Sequence record: PV245935.1 | From: Escherichia phage kaset | DNA length: 64,000 nucleotides | Strand: one strand, 5' to 3' | Part shown: one piece after another, positions 38,678 to 48,282 of the stretch | How positions within the stretch are numbered: the first letter of the stretch is position 1 | How the letters are laid out: each line of letters starts with the position of its first letter | Translations under genes and position numbers: made by a program | The notes under the pieces: model-generated | Database searches by the model: none | Told to the model about the DNA's origin: nothing | What the model saw: the letters and a program-made list of their open reading frames with translations, nothing else

Positions 38678-39673
38678 TTATTTATTGGCAATATAAGCAA
38701 ATTTTTGATAGTTATTTGCTTTGATGAGTTTTTCAACTTCAACAAGGTCATGAGCGACGTCATCAAGCAAAATGTTGCGCCAGGTAGCGAATCGACCAAC
38801 ACTAAACACGTTCAAATCCATAGTCAGCTGCAGGAGTAGGGCGTGTCGCAAGTCTTTCGGAATGTCGACAATCTTGCCATATTTCTGGTCGACCTTTTCA
38901 ACTTCTTCAAGAGCAATGTCACTCCATGAAAGGCCAAAGGCCGTCAACACTTCGTCGACTTCTGCGCGAAGCTTTATGTCACGGTAACGAGTGATGCCGC
39001 CAGCGGCTTCAACTGCAGCTTCACTTACGCTGACCAAAGGAATTGTTTCAATGATAAGCGTGTCACCAGTAATTGATGCGCGGTAAGTTCTGACTGAGTA
39101 GTCAGGGAAGTAAATTGTTTGATACAACTCACACTTACGTTTAATCTTAAAGCGGTAAACACGAATGTTTGCTTTATCAAATGAGAAATCAAGCTTTTGA
39201 TCAATCCCAGCAAGCTTCAGCATGACTGGCAGCGGCGATGTGTTGATGATTGGCGTCTCGCTATAGCCGCAAAGAGTATCAACCGGAGTATTAAAGAATA
39301 TGCGGTCACCCAGTTTGTCGACAAGCTGATCATAAAAGTCATCAGGCGCAATATAACGCGTTGCAGTTTTAAGCTTCATGATTGAACGGCTGCCAAACTG
39401 ATTGGTGACCTTCATGGAATACATATTGGCAAGGTTAATTGGGCAATGGTCGTGGTAGTAGTTGCCGCGAAAATACACAGCCTTGTCAACTGTCACGGCC
39501 TTAAAGGGGATTCCGGTAATACGGCTTACTTCTTCGCCACGGAAGCGTAGCAACGCCTTGTGCTGTTGCGCCCGTTCCCCTGCTTCGTACACAATAGAGT
39601 TCGGGAAGTGACACGCTGTGATAAGTCCTGCCAGTCCGCCGCCGATAATCATTACAGGTTGTTTCATGTTCAT
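38678..39673 (-). CDS. FAD/NAD(P)-binding oxidoreductase
   Basis: N-terminal dinucleotide-binding motif VMIIGGGLAGL (GxGxxG). Confidence 0.6.
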   Translation of the reverse strand: MNMKQPVMIIGGGLAGLITACHFPNSIVYEAGERAQQHKALLRFRGEEVSRITGIPFKAVTVDKAVYFRGNYYHDHCPINLANMYSMKVTNQFGSRSIMKLKTATRYIAPDDFYDQLVDKLGDRIFFNTPVDTLCGYSETPIINTSPLPVMLKLAGIDQKLDFSFDKANIRVYRFKIKRKCELYQTIYFPDYSVRTYRASITGDTLIIETIPLVSVSEAAVEAAGGITRYRDIKLRAEVDEVLTAFGLSWSDIALEEVEKVDQKYGKIVDIPKDLRHALLLQLTMDLNVFSVGRFATWRNILLDDVAHDLVEVEKLIKANNYQKFAYIANK

Positions 39674-39805
39674 TTGTCCTTTGTGGGTGATATGAGAAGT
39701 ATAATAGCTAAATTATTTTACAGCAACAAGTCATTTTATTTAGTACAGATGAAAAAAGACCCACAACAAGTGTGGGTCAATTACCGCTGCATAACCGTCC
39801 TAAGG

Positions 39806-40651
39806 TTATTCCGCTTGATCACCGTCTTCGGCATCGTCGTTGGATTCAACATCGACAAACTCGATGTGGCCCATCTCTTCCAGCTTGCTCAGGTAGGAGC
39901 GAACGGAAGCGCCAAACAGTTGATCTTTAACTTTTTCGCCCAGCTCATCGATAGACTGCGCCACGCCAACTTCGCCTTCTTTGATCGCCGCTAGAACGCG
40001 TCCACGGGTGGAATGCTCTTGCGGCTGGCTCAGGCCATTGCCAGTGTAGATGAAGTGGGTTGCTTTTGCACGACGCTGACCGTTTGCCTTTTTAGCAGCC
40101 TTACGTTCTGCGATGGCTTTGCGACGTTCTTCAGCTTCTTGCTTACGCTGTTCTTTCTGCTGTTCTGCAGCTTCTTTTGCCGCAATCTTAGCAGCTTCAC
40201 GCTCTGCCTTGCGTTTCGCTTTAGCTTCTTCTTTGGCCTTCTCTTTTTCGGCCTTCGCTGCAGCACGGGCTTGATCACGCTCTGCTTTCTTAGCAGCAGC
40301 TTGTTCAGCTTTCAGGCGCTTGGCTTCTTCTTTAGCCTTTGCCTTTTCGATTTCTTTCGCTGCTTTAGCGGCTTCACGCTCTGCTTTCTTAGCAGCAGCC
40401 TTTTCTGCGCGCTCTTTGGCCTTCTTAGCTGCTTCTTCAGCACGCTTCTGAGCCTTCTCATCAGCAGCCTGCTTGCGTTTCAGTGCAGCTTCTTCACGCT
40501 TGGCTTGTTTTTCCTGCTCACGCTTCTGGCGTTTTTCTTCGGCTTCTTTCTTTTTAGCCAGGCGTTTTTCTTCAGCCACGCGACGACGTTCTGCTGCAGC
40601 TGCTTGTTTTTCTTCTTTAGATAATACTTTGATTGCTTCGGCCATGTTCAC
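39806..40651 (-). CDS. Highly charged Lys/Ala/Glu-repeat protein with globular C-terminal domain
   Basis: About 200 aa of KAE-rich low-complexity repeats (AEEKR, KAKEEAK) then acidic tail; nucleotide-level repeats gcttctttagc. Confidence 0.5.
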   Translation of the reverse strand: MNMAEAIKVLSKEEKQAAAAERRRVAEEKRLAKKKEAEEKRQKREQEKQAKREEAALKRKQAADEKAQKRAEEAAKKAKERAEKAAAKKAEREAAKAAKEIEKAKAKEEAKRLKAEQAAAKKAERDQARAAAKAEKEKAKEEAKAKRKAEREAAKIAAKEAAEQQKEQRKQEAEERRKAIAERKAAKKANGQRRAKATHFIYTGNGLSQPQEHSTRGRVLAAIKEGEVGVAQSIDELGEKVKDQLFGASVRSYLSKLEEMGHIEFVDVESNDDAEDGDQAE

Positions 40652-40804
40652 AGTCCTTAAATAAATTAGTTTATTTTATATTCCCCGTTTGGGATAACTT
40701 AATTATGCCTTCAGTCGCCGCCAGTAGCAACTAAAAACTCTGGCGGCAATGCCACTTTAATTAAACTGATTTTCAGTTTTATTTTTCGTAAATTTACGTC
40801 AACA

Positions 40805-41989
40805 TTAACGCGCTTTCAAATCACGGTACACGGTCAGATTCTTTTTAGCGCGGGTGATGGCGGTGTACATCATCTTGGAGTACGGAACGCCGCGCAAGAT
40901 TTCTTCCAGCACGCACACATTGTCCCACTCGCTGCCTTGCGATTTGTGCACCGTTATGACATAGCCATAGTCCATGCCTCCAACAGCGCGTTGGGCCTCT
41001 TTGCGCACTTCCTGATCAGTAGAGAAGGAAAGAGGATTTATCTTCACCTTTATATCTTTGCCATCGGTAAGCGAGCGCAAATTGACATACATTATTTCAT
41101 TGGACTCGTCTTCATCCCTTTCAAAGTCCGGTACTGGCTCATAACTAATAACAATCCCTTGCTCGCCATTACAGAATCCTGGACCGTGTTGGTTGAATGT
41201 GCAAATAACTTTCTCGCCGATTCCTGGCATTGGCGTTATACGTCCGCTCACTTGGCGCAATAATGAATTCCATTTATCTTTGGTGCTATTATATGAGCAA
41301 ATAATTTGATCATCTTCGCCCATGAATTTCTTCAACGCAGTAACGCGCGGCGATTCAGCCAAAACCTTGACGTCATCGTATTCACGCGGAGGAAGTCGGT
41401 TGCCCTGTCGCACGAAGAAGGAAGCGCGGATTATGTTTGACTCTTTTCCTTGCCGCATGATTTCGGTTAACAGTACGTCAACGGCATCTTCAGTAAAGTA
41501 GGCGGCGGCTTTTACCGGAGGGACTTGTCCAATGTCGCCTAATGCCAGAACAGGGATGCGGTGATCAAGAAGGCGCTCTGTGTCCCACTCGCCAACCATT
41601 GAAGCTTCATCAAGGACGACAAGATGCGGCCTTTCATCAAGCGTTGACTTCCTTGCAAAGATTGGTTCATTGTCATCGTTAACGCCGCGCACGTTATAGA
41701 TGAACTGATGAAGGGTCTTAGCGCCACGACACCCTTTCTGCTTCAATCGGCTGGCGGCCTTTCCGGTCGGCGCAATATAAATGGCACCGTACTCACCGAC
41801 ACAACGGCGCACAATCTCACGCGCAATAGATGTTTTACCTGTTCCTGCATAGCCAGCGATGAAAAACACGCGCTTCGTTGTTTTACCGTCCTGCAATCGC
41901 TTGTACCATGCAACGGCCTTTTCGATGGCATCAATTTGTTGCGCGTTGAACTGAATCACTGGCTCATTATTAAATTCTGGAATGTTCAT
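40805..41989 (-). CDS. SF1B helicase, Dda/RecD-like
   Basis: Walker A AGYAGTGKT; VLDEASM (motif II); VHKSQGSEWDNV and TAITRAK (motifs V/VI). Confidence 0.7.
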   Translation of the reverse strand: MNIPEFNNEPVIQFNAQQIDAIEKAVAWYKRLQDGKTTKRVFFIAGYAGTGKTSIAREIVRRCVGEYGAIYIAPTGKAASRLKQKGCRGAKTLHQFIYNVRGVNDDNEPIFARKSTLDERPHLVVLDEASMVGEWDTERLLDHRIPVLALGDIGQVPPVKAAAYFTEDAVDVLLTEIMRQGKESNIIRASFFVRQGNRLPPREYDDVKVLAESPRVTALKKFMGEDDQIICSYNSTKDKWNSLLRQVSGRITPMPGIGEKVICTFNQHGPGFCNGEQGIVISYEPVPDFERDEDESNEIMYVNLRSLTDGKDIKVKINPLSFSTDQEVRKEAQRAVGGMDYGYVITVHKSQGSEWDNVCVLEEILRGVPYSKMMYTAITRAKKNLTVYRDLKAR

Positions 41990-42315
41990 TATAACTCCAC
42001 TACGCTTTCAAGGTCCAGATATACTGGAATAAAATGGCAATCTTCTTTTCGTTCAAACATCTCGCCGTCAACGTGACTGAAGAAGACAGTTGTGTTTGGT
42101 ATCTTCCACCCTTTCTCGTCGCGCACCAGGTACGCCATGGATTCAACAGGGATGTAAAGCGATACCGGATTCGCGGCAAAGATGAATTTGATTCTGTCTG
42201 GTTGACCCAGGAATCGCATAATTGTAAGACTTGAATTCAGTCTTGTATTAAGGAAGGACTCAACAATGCCGACGTGTGTTGCACGTTCGCGTTGCTTCGT
42301 ATCTTTTTCGTTCAT
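41989..42315 (-). CDS. Hypothetical protein
   Basis: 108 aa ORF, ATGA overlap with helicase gene. Confidence 0.5.
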   Translation of the reverse strand: MNEKDTKQRERATHVGIVESFLNTRLNSSLTIMRFLGQPDRIKFIFAANPVSLYIPVESMAYLVRDEKGWKIPNTTVFFSHVDGEMFERKEDCHFIPVYLDLESVVEL

Positions 42316-42418
42316 TTCAGGCGACCTTTGTTAGTGCGGAAATATTTTCTGATAGTATAATTGCAGATATAGTATAAAGCAAAGTAAATCGAAATTGTGA
42401 ACTAAATGGTAAATATTG

Positions 42419-42446
42419 TTGACTTTGTATCACTCAATATTATACT
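42419..42446 (+). promoter_or_regulatory. Sigma70-like promoter upstream of PrimPol gene
   Basis: -35 TTGACT (42419-42424), 16 bp spacer, -10 TATACT (42441-42446). Confidence 0.45.
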
Positions 42447-42475
42447 GCAGGTATTGATCACCGAAGGAAAGAAAG

Positions 42476-43558
42476 ATGGCTAGTTTAAGAGAAGAAGCAA
42501 AAATAATCGAAGAGTTTTTGACGGAACTCCAAAGAGGCATTCCAGAAGATGAACGCGTCATGACTGTGTTTGCGCCTGAAGCAACGGTGCAGACCGACGA
42601 GCGCGGCAAAAAGATTAACAGCAGCTTCTGGCCTAAGCCTTGGAAGCTTGGCAAGCCGCTGATGCAACATCAGAACGGTTACGCCTGCATAAGTTCAATG
42701 CGCAAGTCTCCCAACCCAAAGACAGGCGAGATGCGATACTGGCGCACGGAATCGGCTTTCGGTCATGGCATGGCAATGATGGTCGACGACATCGGACACG
42801 GTAAAGGGTCAAAGGGCGATTTAGATTTGGAGTTCTTTTTCGAGCGTCTGAAGCCAACCGTTATCGTTGAGACTTCACCGAACAACCATCAGCTGTGGTA
42901 CTTCTTTAAAGAACCGATTGACCATCTTATTCAGTTCAAAGCATTCCTTGGGTCTTTCGTAAACATGGTACTCAAGAAGGGCGGCGACAACACGATTAAA
43001 GACGTGACGCGCGTGGGCCGTGTTCCTGGGTGCATCAACAATAAGCGTGTGACTCACGACGGCCCCTATAAATATGTCGATGAGAACGGCGACCCGTTCC
43101 GCTGCCGACTTGTTCATGCAGACTATTCTTTGCGCTACACAATCGAAGAGATTTGCCAAGCATTCGGTTTCCACGTCGTTATGCCGCAAAAGCGTGAAAT
43201 TCAAATCGACGTTGACGAATACAAATATGACGCTGTTTGGTATAAGATAGCCCAGCAAATCCTTGCGCGCAATAAGATGGGCGAAGGGTCCGATGGCGAT
43301 GTGGTTGAAAACATGTCAGGTAAATGCCGCATCATCTGTCCTTGGGGTGAAGAGCACACCAACGGCGACCCATACGGCGCTTATTTTCGCGGCCCAATCC
43401 CTGGCGCTGAACATGAATTCGTTTTCGGTTGCGCTCACGACTGTCACCGGAAAGGGGAAGGCAAGAAAGGCTGGACCGCTTTTGTTGAAGCAGTAGTCAT
43501 GCCTTATATTGAGAATCAACTTGATATGATAAATCGTCGCGCAGGTGGCATAAAATAG
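42476..43558 (+). CDS. Primase-polymerase (AEP/PrimPol-like) with C-terminal Cys/His cluster
   Basis: AEP-like motifs MMVDDIGHG, SPNNHQLWYFF, RVGRVPGCINNK; CPWGEEH...CAHDCH. Confidence 0.65.
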   Translation: MASLREEAKIIEEFLTELQRGIPEDERVMTVFAPEATVQTDERGKKINSSFWPKPWKLGKPLMQHQNGYACISSMRKSPNPKTGEMRYWRTESAFGHGMAMMVDDIGHGKGSKGDLDLEFFFERLKPTVIVETSPNNHQLWYFFKEPIDHLIQFKAFLGSFVNMVLKKGGDNTIKDVTRVGRVPGCINNKRVTHDGPYKYVDENGDPFRCRLVHADYSLRYTIEEICQAFGFHVVMPQKREIQIDVDEYKYDAVWYKIAQQILARNKMGEGSDGDVVENMSGKCRIICPWGEEHTNGDPYGAYFRGPIPGAEHEFVFGCAHDCHRKGEGKKGWTAFVEAVVMPYIENQLDMINRRAGGIK

Positions 43559-43616
43559 TTTGCTTTTATTTTTCTAGCAACTATAATCATTTTATGAACT
43601 GAAGCAGAGGTGATTT

Positions 43617-43763
43617 ATGAAAAGCGAAGAATTGAATATCGAGCTTGAAGGTCTGTTAAAGTCGTTAGAACCTAAGCCCGTAGAGCTTCCCACCCTTGAA
43701 GGTGTCATGGCTCACCACCAATCGGCTGCGGCCAAACACTACTATGAATTTGTTAAGGAATAA
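43617..43763 (+). CDS. Small hypothetical protein (48 aa)
   Basis: RBS GAGGTG before ATG; stop adjoins next ATG; below ORF-track cutoff. Confidence 0.4.
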   Translation: MKSEELNIELEGLLKSLEPKPVELPTLEGVMAHHQSAAAKHYYEFVKE

Positions 43764-43765
43764 AA

Positions 43766-44056
43766 ATGAACGAACCAAAAATGATGACTCCTGAAGAAGC
43801 GCAAAAACTTCGCGTGGAGAACGAGCTTAAGCTTGTCAATGAAATCCTTCCTCTGTTTAAAGGCTATGCGGTTGAAGAAGTCGTTGGCGCAATCCTTAAT
43901 GTGTCGACGCACGTGGCGATGAATCTGAATGCAGAGCGTTTCAATACTTTGCTGACGATTAACAACTTTACTGTCAGTGCAACGTTTACCGTTGAGCCAG
44001 TGAATTTTGAAGAAGCTGCAGCCGCGATTCAACAACAGCGAGATCAAGAGGTGTAG
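43766..44056 (+). CDS. Hypothetical protein
   Basis: Track ORF with ATG. Confidence 0.5.
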   Translation: MNEPKMMTPEEAQKLRVENELKLVNEILPLFKGYAVEEVVGAILNVSTHVAMNLNAERFNTLLTINNFTVSATFTVEPVNFEEAAAAIQQQRDQEV

Positions 44057-44057
44057 C

Positions 44058-44321
44058 ATGGGTGCTTTCCGCAACGAGTTCGTTTGGAACGTCACAAGCA
44101 GTCTTTCGACTTGTCCTAACTGTGCAAGTGATGTGATCAAGGTGCGGCAGCATCGCAATGCAGAGGAAGGTGCCTGGGAGGACGGCGACCTTGTAGAGTG
44201 CCAGTGTTGCTCTCACGAAGGCGTGGTGGAGCTTTACGCCGGAGAAGGTTGTCCACCAGCAGAACGTACAGCACGCGTTGAATGGGATGCGACAGACTCC
44301 ATTGGTGATCCTCAACAGTAA
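44058..44321 (+). CDS. Zn-ribbon-like small protein
   Basis: CPNC ... CQCC cysteine pairs; RBS GAGGTG. Confidence 0.5.
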   Translation: MGAFRNEFVWNVTSSLSTCPNCASDVIKVRQHRNAEEGAWEDGDLVECQCCSHEGVVELYAGEGCPPAERTARVEWDATDSIGDPQQ

Positions 44322-44339
44322 ATTTAGGTATAGATACAT

Positions 44340-44444
44340 ATGAAAGCCGTAAAGAAATACACATTAATCATTTCCCTTGTTATCATCCTGGGGCTATTAT
44401 ATGTATTGGATATGGCATATTATTTGGCAGGGGTGAGTAAATGA
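44340..44444 (+). CDS. Small hydrophobic peptide (34 aa), hypothetical
   Basis: ORF MKAVKKYTLIISLVIILGLLYVLDMAYYLAGVSK; stop overlaps next ATG (ATGA); weak RBS. Confidence 0.35.
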   Translation: MKAVKKYTLIISLVIILGLLYVLDMAYYLAGVSK

Positions 44445-44731
44445 ATATTGTAATTCTTTATGGTGAGAATATCAGCGATGACGACATCGAAGTTGCCGTT
44501 GATGTTTACGGTATCGATGAGGTGAAACGTGTTGAAGAAATTAATGGCGCAAATCTTAACGAGATTGTCAAAGAAGCTGGTTGCCCTTCGGAAGAGATTC
44601 TGGTGGTTACTAACGATGACCTGTCTTCTATGGATTGTTTGCGCCGCATCTTCACCGATTGCCAATACCTTCATGCTGTTCAGTCAGTAAACAAATTGAG
44701 AAAGACATACGCTGACCAATTTCCTTGCTGA
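44441..44731 (+). CDS. Hypothetical acidic protein
   Basis: Track ORF with ATG. Confidence 0.5.
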   Translation: MNIVILYGENISDDDIEVAVDVYGIDEVKRVEEINGANLNEIVKEAGCPSEEILVVTNDDLSSMDCLRRIFTDCQYLHAVQSVNKLRKTYADQFPC

Positions 44732-44780
44732 TAGTTCACCAGTTATATTGCTTTAAACTGAGTTTTACTATATTAATATA

Positions 44781-44806
44781 CAACGCCAGATTTCTGGCGT
44801 TTATTT
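44781..44806 (+). terminator. Rho-independent terminator candidate
   Basis: AACGCCAG-ATTT-CTGGCGTT hairpin then TATTTA. Confidence 0.5.
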
Positions 44807-44867
44807 ACCGCACCCTGAAAGGATATATCCATGCAACAATATAACAAAGCCGTATCAGGAGGATTAA

Positions 44868-46538
44868 ATGTCAATTGAACATGACAATCTTCCAGAGGAT
44901 ACAGGTGATGAATTTGGTGCAATCTTTGACGAAATTCAAGATGCTGGTGTTTCAGAAGAAATGCAAGCGGCAGAGCAGCAAGGCACCAGAGCTAAAATAA
45001 GCCTTCAGCACAAGGCTGTTGAGAAAGATGCAGAGCGCATGGAATGCTACGGTGAAGAAGACTTGGTTGAAAGAGCACGTTTGCTCGCCTCACTTCAGGT
45101 AATCAAGTTCCCTCACTACAAACCGACGAAAGATGATTTTGTTCTTCAGGCGGACCGGACGAGTGACATGAACCGTTATGCGGTTTTCGACGCGTTGTTT
45201 GATAAGGGAAGCGGCATCGTCCCATTCCCTCACAAAGATACTTTTCGTGGACGCTTAGTCGACCATCGCGGCGAAACATTCACCGACCGGACATTGGAAG
45301 TCACAGAGATAGTTGCCGCTGTCGACGCAGCAGGTCTGTCCAACCCAAACTCACGTCAGGTCGCTCAATCCTATAAGGAATGGGCCATGCGTTATCAGCG
45401 CGACGACCTGATGGACTTCTTCTACAAGAAGCTGCCTGAATGGGACGGTACTGCGCGCATTGAAAAATACCTTATCGAGCTATTCCGACCGTTCGATACA
45501 GAGTTAAACCGACAAATCGGTGTGTATTTTTGGCTATCGCTCTATAACCGCCTGACCAATCCTGGCTGTCAAGCGCCAATCTCCATTGCGCTCATCGGCG
45601 GCCAGAACGCAGGGAAGAGTTATTTTAGTAAGCTGCTTTGCGAAGCTATTATGAACGACCGCCACGCAACACCGATTCCGTTGAACTTGGCCGCGCAAAA
45701 CTTCAACCCGTTCTTGCGAGCTATTACGGGTCGCTCAATTATCGCGAACGTTGGCGAGATGACAGGCTTTAAAAAGGCTGACATCGAAAACATGAAAGCA
45801 TTCCTGACTAAGACGGAAGATGACCTGGACTTCAAATTTGAAGATACGCAGGTTAAACCACGCCAGTGGATTGCTATCATGGACGGCAACGAATACGCAG
45901 GCATGCAGCGTGACGATACGGGCAACCGTCGTGTGTATCCTATCTTTGTTGGCCAACTCGCCGACAAGGACGGGCAACCGAACTGGTCTAAAGACTTCCA
46001 AGCTGACCTTTCCACTTTGAAAGAAGACGTTTGGCAGCTGATGGCTGAGTGCGCTGCGTGGATGGAGAAGCACGGCGAAGCAGGTTACAACGCCTTTGTT
46101 GGTGAAACATCTCGTATGCTTACTGAGTTCAGTAAGAACGAAATGGAACGTGCGCGCGGCGTTATCCGTGATGAGATGGTCGACAACGACCTTGTTGAAG
46201 TCATCATCACCGCGCCTTATGACCGACATCACAGCGGACGCTGGCACATCACCAGTGGGGCAATCGCTATGGGATTCAGAGCTAAGTGCGGCAAGTCGCC
46301 TTTCTCACGTACCCTTGCGCCGCACATGTCGAAGCTTGGATTTGAGCCTGCAACCTATCGCAACCAGCGTGGCTACTTTACGCCGCTGATTAAGAATGAA
46401 GCAGGGGAATACATTTCTGACTTGATGACCATCTTAGCGTATCTTATTCGCGACGAGTCTGACCCTGAAGATATTGAATTCTTGAAGAAGGTTATTGAAC
46501 GCAAACGTTCTTTAGGAAGAGATAAGGATGAATTCTGA
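44868..46538 (+). CDS. P-loop NTPase, primase-associated (VirE/D5-like helicase candidate)
   Basis: Walker A IGGQNAGKS; 556 aa; downstream of PrimPol gene. Confidence 0.6.
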   Translation: MSIEHDNLPEDTGDEFGAIFDEIQDAGVSEEMQAAEQQGTRAKISLQHKAVEKDAERMECYGEEDLVERARLLASLQVIKFPHYKPTKDDFVLQADRTSDMNRYAVFDALFDKGSGIVPFPHKDTFRGRLVDHRGETFTDRTLEVTEIVAAVDAAGLSNPNSRQVAQSYKEWAMRYQRDDLMDFFYKKLPEWDGTARIEKYLIELFRPFDTELNRQIGVYFWLSLYNRLTNPGCQAPISIALIGGQNAGKSYFSKLLCEAIMNDRHATPIPLNLAAQNFNPFLRAITGRSIIANVGEMTGFKKADIENMKAFLTKTEDDLDFKFEDTQVKPRQWIAIMDGNEYAGMQRDDTGNRRVYPIFVGQLADKDGQPNWSKDFQADLSTLKEDVWQLMAECAAWMEKHGEAGYNAFVGETSRMLTEFSKNEMERARGVIRDEMVDNDLVEVIITAPYDRHHSGRWHITSGAIAMGFRAKCGKSPFSRTLAPHMSKLGFEPATYRNQRGYFTPLIKNEAGEYISDLMTILAYLIRDESDPEDIEFLKKVIERKRSLGRDKDEF

Positions 46539-47185
46539 TGAATAAAGCAATCAACATCGCTAAATTCTTTCAACATCTCGGTGAACTGAACAAAGAGAGT
46601 GACGTTCACGGAGAAGAAATGAACCGGATGATTTCAACCGTGTTGCGTGGTTTTGGGTACGATAAGGACTCCATCACCTGTAAACGCACGAAGCTTGTCG
46701 ATGAGACATACCTTTACTACGTTGAATTGCGCGTAGGCAAGGATTTGATGATCATCGACCCTAAATTGGAAGGGGCGCACTGTTTTGGCGCTCACCCTCG
46801 TGCGAGTGAATTCAAGGGGCGCGGTCGCAACCGACTCCAGAAGCTTGATGATGCAGGCGACCTGAACATCTCGATGTTCCTCAAAGAGTTCCTTGCTCTG
46901 CCGAAGGTTGCATCCTCAACAGGTCGTGATGACCTGTGCAAGATTGGATTCAGAACTAAAGATTTGCGCAATGCGCTACGCAAGAAGGGATTTGTGCCTT
47001 CTTATGATAACGTCGCCGCGCTGATGGCTTCCATGGAGGAAGCTGAAGCAATGGATAAAGTGCGCGGCTATTTCCTGAATACAGGCTACACAATGTATGA
47101 GTGGCACACCAAAGGATTGACTGTCGCCGACTTCATCTATTCATTAGAGCAGAAGTATGTACGCAATATGCAGGCCACAGGATAA
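46538..47185 (+). CDS. Hypothetical protein
   Basis: 215 aa ORF, ATGA overlap with upstream gene. Confidence 0.5.
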   Translation: MNKAINIAKFFQHLGELNKESDVHGEEMNRMISTVLRGFGYDKDSITCKRTKLVDETYLYYVELRVGKDLMIIDPKLEGAHCFGAHPRASEFKGRGRNRLQKLDDAGDLNISMFLKEFLALPKVASSTGRDDLCKIGFRTKDLRNALRKKGFVPSYDNVAALMASMEEAEAMDKVRGYFLNTGYTMYEWHTKGLTVADFIYSLEQKYVRNMQATG

Positions 47186-47224
47186 TTATCATCAAAATAT
47201 TTGCTTTTCTGACGAGGTGATATT

Positions 47225-47449
47225 ATGATTAATTTAGACAGGATTGAGTTAGCACTTAGTACCTTAATCAAATATTACCAGTTTGCTTTTAAGGCTAGTT
47301 TGTTTGGCTTGTTCAATCCTCATCAAGCAGCAAAGGCTCGAAGCAATGCCAACCGCCTGCGCTGCACTGGTATAGTCATCCACGACCGGATATTGACAGA
47401 GGGTAGATTCAGCCATGAATACACAAGGGAGAATAACAAAGCAACGTAG
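47225..47449 (+). CDS. Hypothetical small protein
   Basis: RBS GAGGTG before ATG. Confidence 0.45.
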   Translation: MINLDRIELALSTLIKYYQFAFKASLFGLFNPHQAAKARSNANRLRCTGIVIHDRILTEGRFSHEYTRENNKAT

Positions 47450-47620
47450 GGCTTTACAAGTCCTCATCTACTACCTGACACGCCTTTATCCAACGGCGCA
47501 CGAGCAGAATCCATCAACGGGTCACCTGTTTAAGCGCCGTAACCTTTCGTTGAAAACATTCGCTTTAATCCAATACGACCGCTACCTGGACGGGCGCTAC
47601 TGCGGCCCGAAGGACTCACT

Positions 47621-47899
47621 ATGATTACTACATACAAAGTATTCTTTGTCAAATGCACATCATCGATTGATGACCAGTTTACTGCTGGAAAGAATTATCC
47701 CGTGATTTCTGAGTCAATACTAGATATAATCTTGAACGATCATGAAATCTATGAGCCGATGCCAGCGACTGCGTTTGATGTTATCGGTCACGTTCGGATT
47801 AAGACGAATGTTGAAACGATGCATGACCCGTTGTTCAAGAAGCAAATTAAGAATGCCATGCAAGACTTTTGCGCGGCTATGTTCAAATACTATAAGTGA
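47621..47899 (+). CDS. Hypothetical small protein
   Basis: Track ORF. Confidence 0.45.
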   Translation: MITTYKVFFVKCTSSIDDQFTAGKNYPVISESILDIILNDHEIYEPMPATAFDVIGHVRIKTNVETMHDPLFKKQIKNAMQDFCAAMFKYYK

Positions 47900-47906
47900 G
47901 TTGAAG

Positions 47907-48128
47907 ATGAGCAAGAAAACTCTTAAGGCTGGCGACCGTATCCGTTGGATGTCAGGGCAGAATATGCGCGCAGGCACCATCCTTGAGCTGGACCAATACC
48001 TTACTGATTCACGCGGTCGCAATCATTACCGCGTTCGAATCGATACGGTAAAAGAAGATGACAAGTCACTTGTTGGTGAAGTGGTCATCGTTACTCCACG
48101 TCAAATTAAGGCGGCTTGTGAAGCATGA
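47907..48128 (+). CDS. Hypothetical small protein
   Basis: In-frame ATG 47907 within track ORF 47742..48128. Confidence 0.45.
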   Translation: MSKKTLKAGDRIRWMSGQNMRAGTILELDQYLTDSRGRNHYRVRIDTVKEDDKSLVGEVVIVTPRQIKAACEA

Positions 48129-48280
48129 ATAAATTTCAGTTTAACGATAACAAGGTTAGTAAAGCAGACGCAATCAAGCAGCTTCGCCGCGTGCTTGAAG
48201 CCAGCGGCCACACGAAAGAGCGCGCACGCGTCTTAGCCAAAGAACATTATAAACGTTTCGTGTCACAAATCAGAGGTTGA
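48125..48280 (+). CDS. Hypothetical small basic protein (51 aa)
   Basis: ATGA overlap with upstream stop; below track cutoff. Confidence 0.35.
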   Translation: MNKFQFNDNKVSKADAIKQLRRVLEASGHTKERARVLAKEHYKRFVSQIRG

Positions 48281-48282
48281 CC

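Noticed and set aside
40013-40624. Track ORF on + strand (203 aa, F/L/S-rich low complexity)
   Set aside because: Antisense shadow of the KAE-repeat gene 39806..40651; low-complexity translation typical of a non-coding frame.
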